In this document: positions 58,405-64,000 of the stretch, in pieces | How the letters are laid out: each line of letters starts with the position of its first letter | Numbering within the stretch: the first letter of the stretch is position 1 | Program-made: the position numbers and the translations under genes | Assembly (NCBI GenBank): GCA_965203805.1 | Contig: OZ241917.1 | Location: 2,048,001 to 2,112,000 of the forward strand | DNA length: 64,000 nucleotides | From: Candidatus Latescibacterota bacterium | GTDB taxonomy: Bacteria; Latescibacterota; UBA2968; GCA-2709665 | Direction of reading: 5' to 3' | Notes under the pieces: model-generated | Databases searched by the model: none | The model's input: only the letters and a program-made list of their open reading frames with translations | What the model was told of the DNA's origin: nothing

Positions 58405-59250
58405 GTGGCGTACACTACACTTGAAGATTTTTTCGGAGATATCGTCGGAAAGGCCAGGCGCGGACGGGGTCTGTCGGAAGCGGCGCTTGCGAGCGCGGCG
58501 GGACTGACCGCCGGGGACGTCGGCAGGATCGAAGCCTACGACCTAACGCCCGACGACGGAGGGATCCGGGCGCTGGCGGGCGCGCTGGATCTGGACGGCG
58601 ACAAGCTCGTCGCGATTTCGAAGGGATGGGTGCCCGAGCGCGGAAATGCGCCTCACGACAACGGGCGGCTGTCTGTCGAGAGGACGATTCTGGACGTGGG
58701 TATGGAAGTGAACGCCTATGTGCTGAAGTGCAAGACATCCGGAGAAGGCGCAATCGTAGATGCCGGGGGGCAGGCGGGACGGATTCTTGCGCTGGTGGAG
58801 CGGATGAATCTGAAGGTGACCCACGTGCTGCTGACGCACGGGCATAGCGACCACGTGGGCGCACTTGGCGAAATCGCCGAGGCAACCACGGCAAGGGTGT
58901 ATTGCTGCGAACGGGACTTCGGACTTCTGGGAAGTTTGAAGGAATTCGTGACCGACCTGGTGGACGACGGCTGGCGTACGAACGTGGGGCGTATCGGCAT
59001 CGACGCGGTCAGCCTTCCCGGGCACACCGCGGGCGGAATCGGGTATGGCGCGGACGGGATTTTCTTTTCCGGCGACGCGCTTTTCGCCGGATCCATGGGC
59101 GGCGCGCCGGGTCCGGCCTATGCCGGTCAGATCGCGGCGGTGACGGAAAAAGTCCTGTCAAGGGACGGGAAAACCCGCGTATTTCCCGGGCACGGGCCCA
59201 TCACGTCGGTCGCCGAGGAATTGGCGCACAATCCGTTTTTTTCGTGCTGA
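58405..59250 (+). CDS. MBL-fold metallo-hydrolase with N-terminal XRE-type HTH
   Basis: GDIVGKARRGRGLS...LA..AGLT...V.RIE (HTH); THGHSDH, PGHT.G, GDALFAGS.G, PGHGP.T...E..HNPF. Confidence 0.9.
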   Translation: MAYTTLEDFFGDIVGKARRGRGLSEAALASAAGLTAGDVGRIEAYDLTPDDGGIRALAGALDLDGDKLVAISKGWVPERGNAPHDNGRLSVERTILDVGMEVNAYVLKCKTSGEGAIVDAGGQAGRILALVERMNLKVTHVLLTHGHSDHVGALGEIAEATTARVYCCERDFGLLGSLKEFVTDLVDDGWRTNVGRIGIDAVSLPGHTAGGIGYGADGIFFSGDALFAGSMGGAPGPAYAGQIAAVTEKVLSRDGKTRVFPGHGPITSVAEELAHNPFFSC

Positions 59251-59344
59251 AGCCCCTGACGTGACGGCCTCTCTGGACTCGGATAGTTTACGAATATTAT
59301 CCGATTTCTTGAATAACCGGTTGTTTTTCTGAATATTCAGTGGT

Positions 59345-59359
59345 TGGCACAAGGAAAGC
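59345..59359 (+). promoter_or_regulatory. Possible sigma54 promoter
   Basis: TGGCAC-AAGGA-AAGC gives correct GG-N10-GC spacing; the -12 element deviates from TTGC. Confidence 0.35.
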
Positions 59360-59466
59360 CACTGTAATTCAGGGATCGCGGCGGTCGGCGTGATGAGGTG
59401 CGGTCAATGGTGATTCGATTCCCTGCGGTTACTCGTTTTCTCGTGCATTTGTCGTGCTTTTTTAGA

Positions 59467-59496
59467 TTTTGTCCTGTCCATCCTGTCCATCCATGT
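59467..59496 (-). repeat. 9-nt-unit dispersed repeat, copy 2
   Basis: Reverse complement ACATGGATGGACAGGATGGACAGGACAAAA matches 45158-45187. Confidence 0.8.
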
Positions 59497-59543
59497 AAAT
59501 TTCGTTTTATGAATTAATAGGGTAGAGACCAAGGAGCCTGGAT

Positions 59544-62500
59544 ATGTCGCGTTGGCCCCTTCTATTCGGCATCTTGATGTTCACGTGCGGGAGTGCAGTG
59601 GGTCAGGAGTATTTCGGCAAGAACAAGGTAACGTATGACGATTACGACTGGCACTATCTGGAGACGGAGCATTTCAAGATTTATTTCGACAAGGTGTCGC
59701 AGCCTGCGGCGGAGTTTGCGGCGAAGGAGGCGGAGCGTGCGCTGGTGCGATTGGAGAAGGATCTGAAGTATACGCTGAAGGACCGGTATCCGATTGTGAT
59801 CTACAATTCTCACAACGGGTTTTCGGTGACGAACATCACGCCGACGGAGCAGTCGGAGTTCACGGGCGGGTTTACGGAGTTTGCGCAGGGTCGCGTGGTG
59901 ATCCCGTATACGGGATCGTATAGCGATTTCCGTCATGTGATCCACCACGAGTTGGCGCACGTGGTGACGCTGGAGATGTGGACGGGCGGCGGGTGGCTGG
60001 GCGCGATGATGACGCAGACGGCGTCGTTGCCGCCGTTGTGGATTGCGGAGGGAGTGGCGGAGTATTTATCGCAGGGGGGATGGGACCGCGAGGCGGACAA
60101 TTTCATGCGTCACGCGACGATCACGGGCTATGTGCCGGGGATGATGTCGTTGAGCGGCGCGTTTGCGTATAAGGGTGGGCAGTCGGTCTTCGTGATGATC
60201 GAGGAGGAGTATGGCAGGGACAAGGTGGCGGAGTTCATTTCGTCGTTTCGTTCTGCGCGATCGGTGGACAAGGCGCTGAAGGCGTCGGTGGGCGAGGGTG
60301 TGGAGGAGTTGGACGAGAAGTGGCAGTTGTGGTTGAAGCGTCAGTATTGGAACGAGATCAACCTGCACCATCCGTCGGAGGAGGTGGCGAAGCAGTTGAC
60401 GGAGGCGGGCGCGGGTCGGGGTTTTTACAATATCGCGCCGTCGTTTTCGCCACAGGGCGACAAGATCGCGTATGTGACGGAGCGTGAGGGGACGTTCGAC
60501 ATCTATCTGATGTCGGCGATCGACGGTCAGGATCTGGGCCGGTTGGTGGAGGGGGAGCGTTCGTCGGATTTCGAGGGGTTGTTCGTGCTGCGTCCGGGGA
60601 TCACGTGGTCGCCGGACGGGAAGCAGATCGCGTTTGCGGCGAAGTCGCACAACAAGAACACATTGTATACGCTGGACGTGCGGAAGAAGCGGGTGACGAA
60701 GCGTTTCAAGTTCGATCTGGACGGGTTGTTCGAGCCGACGTGGTCGCCCGACGGGAAAGAGATCGCGATCGTGGGGTTGAAGGACGGGTGGTCGGACGTG
60801 TATGTGGTGAACGTGGAGGACGAGGGTCTGCGGCGGATGACGCGTGACCCGTATGACGAGAAGCACCTGGACTGGTCGCCGGACGGGGAGTGGATCGCGA
60901 TCAGTTCGGACCGTCCCGTGGCGGATCTGGAATACGACGGGTCGAAGGACTTCACGTTCGGGACGTATGACGTGTTCGTGCTTCGCGCCGACGGCAGCGA
61001 GATCCGGCAGGTGGTGTCAAGCGAGGTGAACGACAGCCATCCCACGTGGGGGCCGGACTCAAAGACGCTGGCGTTCGTGTCGGACAGGACGGGGGTGGGC
61101 AACATCTACATCGCGCACGTGGACGGGTCGCAGATGTATCCGATCAGCAATCTGCTGTCGGGCGCGCGGTATATCGACTGGAGCGCGGACGGGAAGAAGC
61201 TGGCGTTCACGACGTTTCACCGCGGGGGCTATGACATCTTCGTGATGAAGGACCCGCCGAAGCAGAAGCGCGGGATGGAGGACCTGCCGCTGACGCGTTA
61301 CGCGAAGCGGCTGGCGGGCATCGAAGACCGGCCGTTCGTGGAGTTGCAGAAGGAACGCAGGCAGGAAGCCGCGGACGGCGGGGCGGCGCCCGACAGCGCG
61401 GTCGTGGCCGCAGCGGCAGAGGCCGACACGTCGGCGGCGACGGCGGACCGGAAGGTGGAGACGTGGATGTCGGACCAGATGGCGCTGGCGGCCGCCGAAG
61501 CGCGCGGCGCCGACGACGGGGAGGCTGCCAACGGCGACAGCCTGGAGACCGACGGCGACAGGGAACTGACGCTGCGAGACTGGAACAAGGCGTTCACGAT
61601 CAACAAATACCGCGTGAAACTCAAACCCGAATTCTTCGGGGCCAACGCGGGCTTCGACACCTTCTACGGTGTCAGCAGCCTGCTCCAGTTGTCGCTGACC
61701 GACGTGATGGGCGACCACCGCGTCGTCATACAGACCGGGTTGAGCTTCTCCCTCAAAGACAGCGACCTCTTCCTCGGATACCAGAACCTCAAGAACCAGA
61801 CCAACTACTACCTCAGCGCCATCCACACGCGCCTGTTCTTCTTCGACAGCGGTCAATTGAACGCCGATCGCTATATCGGCGCCGAAGCAAGCCTGGTTCG
61901 GCCGTTCAGCCGATTCAGCAGGTTGGAACTCGGCACACGCGGCATCAGAATTTCCCGTGAACGCCTGGAACGCGAACGATACGACAATCGCTGGGTACGG
62001 CGCGGCTTCACCGGCAGCAGCCTGCGCGGGCTTTCGGGCACCGAGGTCGATTCCCGGGGAGCCGTGGTTACCTACCTGGCCCTGGTCGACGACAACTCGC
62101 TGATGGGCGGTTTCGGCGCCGTGGACGGACGCCGGATGCGCTTTGGCGTTGAGGGAAGCTGGGCGGGAATGCGTTTTTCGGCGTTGAACGCGGATCTGCG
62201 ACAGTACCTGTTCACGCTTGGCGAATACACCTTCGCCTTGCGTCTGTCCGGAGGCACCAGCTTCGGCCCGAACAAGAGGATCTATTTCGTGGGGGGCGTC
62301 AACAACCCCGTGAACCCCAATTTCTCCACGTTTGCCAACGTGGACCAGGACCGGATATTCTTCTCCAGTTTCGTCTGGCCGCTTCGGGGCGTGGAACTGT
62401 TCGAGCTGGCGGGCGACTCATACGTGCTGGCCAATGCGGCGTTCCGTTTCCCGCTCATCCGGGAACTGGCCATGGGCTGGCCCCTGCCGCTCTTCTTCCA

Positions 62501-62795
62501 GAACGTCCAGGGTGAATTGTTCATGGATATCGGCGGCGCCTTCGAACGCGCCAGATGGAGAGACGGCTGGATCGCCCGCGACGGCGGCTTCGAACTCAAC
62601 GTGCCGCAGCACTTCCGCGACGGAAGGTCCAAGCACGGATTCGAGAAACCGCAGATGGCCGCGGGCTACGGATTCGGCGTACGGGTGAATCTTGGCTATT
62701 TCCTTTTCAGGTACGATCTTGCCTGGCCCACCGACTTTGCGCAGACCTACCATCCTCACCAGTATTTCTCAATTGACGTGACAGGACACTTTTAG
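59544..62795 (+). CDS. Omp85-family protein: gluzincin-like domain + PD40 propeller + Omp85 barrel
   Basis: FGKNKV.Y; HELAH...PLW..EG.AEY; repeated WSPDG; LRG motif and GYGFGVR.NLG.F.FRYD.AWP barrel end; terminal Phe. Confidence 0.88.
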   Translation: MSRWPLLFGILMFTCGSAVGQEYFGKNKVTYDDYDWHYLETEHFKIYFDKVSQPAAEFAAKEAERALVRLEKDLKYTLKDRYPIVIYNSHNGFSVTNITPTEQSEFTGGFTEFAQGRVVIPYTGSYSDFRHVIHHELAHVVTLEMWTGGGWLGAMMTQTASLPPLWIAEGVAEYLSQGGWDREADNFMRHATITGYVPGMMSLSGAFAYKGGQSVFVMIEEEYGRDKVAEFISSFRSARSVDKALKASVGEGVEELDEKWQLWLKRQYWNEINLHHPSEEVAKQLTEAGAGRGFYNIAPSFSPQGDKIAYVTEREGTFDIYLMSAIDGQDLGRLVEGERSSDFEGLFVLRPGITWSPDGKQIAFAAKSHNKNTLYTLDVRKKRVTKRFKFDLDGLFEPTWSPDGKEIAIVGLKDGWSDVYVVNVEDEGLRRMTRDPYDEKHLDWSPDGEWIAISSDRPVADLEYDGSKDFTFGTYDVFVLRADGSEIRQVVSSEVNDSHPTWGPDSKTLAFVSDRTGVGNIYIAHVDGSQMYPISNLLSGARYIDWSADGKKLAFTTFHRGGYDIFVMKDPPKQKRGMEDLPLTRYAKRLAGIEDRPFVELQKERRQEAADGGAAPDSAVVAAAAEADTSAATADRKVETWMSDQMALAAAEARGADDGEAANGDSLETDGDRELTLRDWNKAFTINKYRVKLKPEFFGANAGFDTFYGVSSLLQLSLTDVMGDHRVVIQTGLSFSLKDSDLFLGYQNLKNQTNYYLSAIHTRLFFFDSGQLNADRYIGAEASLVRPFSRFSRLELGTRGIRISRERLERERYDNRWVRRGFTGSSLRGLSGTEVDSRGAVVTYLALVDDNSLMGGFGAVDGRRMRFGVEGSWAGMRFSALNADLRQYLFTLGEYTFALRLSGGTSFGPNKRIYFVGGVNNPVNPNFSTFANVDQDRIFFSSFVWPLRGVELFELAGDSYVLANAAFRFPLIRELAMGWPLPLFFQNVQGELFMDIGGAFERARWRDGWIARDGGFELNVPQHFRDGRSKHGFEKPQMAAGYGFGVRVNLGYFLFRYDLAWPTDFAQTYHPHQYFSIDVTGHF

Positions 62796-62903
62796 ATCCG
62801 GCAGGACGTCCGGGAGACCTGGACCGCCGCGTCATCCCGCTCCAGACCGTGCGGGATTGATTCACGGCGTGTCAGAACTCAGCGTATTGGGGGAAGTGGC
62901 AGA

Positions 62904-63212
62904 ATGGCGGCGAAGGTCCACTATCGGGAAGGATTGAGACTGATTTCAGCCGGCGACCTGCATGGGGCGTTCGAGATGTTTCACAGGTCGCTCGAGGAAG
63001 ACCCGGATTTCTACCTGGGTCACCTCGGTCTGGCGCAGGTACTGGACCGGCAGGGCAAAGTCGACGACGCCATTCGGCATGCCCGGGAAGCGATCCGTAT
63101 CGCTCCGGACGAACCGCTTGCCCACACGAGTCTTTCCAGGCTGTACCAGCAAAAGGGCCTGATCGACGAAGCGGAGGCGGAGATGGAGCTTTCCCGACGC
63201 TTACAACCTTGA
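62904..63212 (+). CDS. Small TPR protein
   Basis: Three TPR-like helix pairs (A...F..SL..DP, G..D.AI...REA....PD, LY..KG...EA). Confidence 0.82.
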   Translation: MAAKVHYREGLRLISAGDLHGAFEMFHRSLEEDPDFYLGHLGLAQVLDRQGKVDDAIRHAREAIRIAPDEPLAHTSLSRLYQQKGLIDEAEAEMELSRRLQP

Positions 63213-63239
63213 TTGCAGCGGTAATCGGGCGACGTTGGA

Positions 63240-63273
63240 CGGGTGCGGACATACGGTTCGCACCCGCTTTTTT
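63240..63273 (+). terminator. Intrinsic terminator
   Basis: CGGGTGCGGAC-ATACG-GTTCGCACCCG-C-TTTTTT. Confidence 0.75.
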
Positions 63274-63354
63274 GTGTGGATCGCTTTCCTCTTACTTCGA
63301 AATCCCTGAGTGTCCTGGCGATCTTCAGGAATAGGCAAATCGCGGTCATCGACC

Positions 63355-63999
63355 TTAATTCAGGTCCAACGTAACCGCATATTTTTCAATCGTACCGATG
63401 TGTTTGTCCGCAACTCCCATACGGGGCGGTCTCCAAATGAATATGGATTCCTGCGCGGCGGTGATGGCTCCCATCGGCACACCGTCGTGGTCGGGGAATC
63501 GCTGAAGGAGTACACTCGTAACGTCATCCAAATCGAATACATCGTACGGCCCAGACGGTTTTATCATATAGACTACCCAGTCATCCATTCCAGATTCTGG
63601 GTGGTAGTACGAGACGAATAGATATTGATCCGCAACCAATGTCATAGATTCTACAAGGGTAATATGCAGTTGTCTCAATTCGTCGGAGGTTCCACGCCCA
63701 ATATGGTGGTAGCGATCAGGCAACGCAACATATCCTTTCGGGCGCCGGCCGAATTTTGCCGTAATCTCACCTGTTACCGCATCGATCTCTTTGACCATGT
63801 AGTCATTCGGGCCAAGATAATAAAACACCTGTAATGAAGCATTATAGCACAACCTCGCGAATGGCCTCACCCGAAACGACACAAAACTCTGTTTTGAATC
63901 GGAAAGCGGTGTGCGACTTAAAACTCCCCACGTCGCCGGGTCTCGTCTCTGTAATTCCAGGATAAGACTTGAGTTTACCTGTAGAAAAAACAATTCTCC
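63355..63999 (-). CDS. Hypothetical protein, possibly beta-propeller (5' partial)
   Basis: Frame is open to the window edge; beta-strand-rich; more AT-rich than its neighbours. Confidence 0.6.
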   Translation of the reverse strand, partial: GELFFLQVNSSLILELQRRDPATWGVLSRTPLSDSKQSFVSFRVRPFARLCYNASLQVFYYLGPNDYMVKEIDAVTGEITAKFGRRPKGYVALPDRYHHIGRGTSDELRQLHITLVESMTLVADQYLFVSYYHPESGMDDWVVYMIKPSGPYDVFDLDDVTSVLLQRFPDHDGVPMGAITAAQESIFIWRPPRMGVADKHIGTIEKYAVTLDLN

Positions 64000-64000
64000 C

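Noticed and set aside
58405-59250. Metallo-beta-lactamase resistance gene linked to blaI/blaR
   Set aside because: Glyoxalase-II-like motifs, no signal peptide, 50 kb from blaI; the BlaR protein lacks a penicillin-binding domain.
59544-62795. Canonical bamA or tolB
   Set aside because: No POTRA domains; the architecture is peptidase-PD40-barrel.

Overview
GC-rich bacterial chromosomal segment. The gene content (GWxTD-type proteins, PorV-like barrel, dockerin-like EF-hand domain, heparinase II/III and PhyH paralogues) suggests the FCB group, e.g. Latescibacterota/Gemmatimonadota-like (inference). About 41 CDS; no rRNA, tRNA, CRISPR array, integrase or transposase seen. In order: RraA-like gene; Tat-signal heparinase II/III protein; blaI plus a BlaR1/M56 peptidase fused to six TonB C-terminal domains, with promoter and palindromic operator; HEAT-repeat lipoprotein; SmaI-like type II R-M pair followed by a truncated BrnT/BrnA toxin-antitoxin remnant; a ~20-kb catabolic block (peptidases, lyases, dioxygenases, oxidoreductases, CocE hydrolase, sulfatase); envelope genes (NHL lipoprotein, dockerin-FGE domain, two TPR-GWxTD proteins); aminotransferases, GGT and a membrane transporter; a four-gene operon (OM barrel, TonB-dependent receptor, T9SS-CTD-like protein, PorV-like barrel) with a terminator in its long leader; sucD; rpiA; HTH-MBL hydrolase; peptidase-PD40-Omp85 protein; TPR protein. 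Intergenic regions from 45 to 60 kb hold small inverted elements built from 7-nt and 9-nt tandem units. The best candidates for undescribed systems are the TBDR/CTD/PorV operon with its attenuator-like leader, the BlaR1-6xTonB sensor and the heptamer-armed mini-elements. All family calls come from motif recognition by eye; no database search was run.
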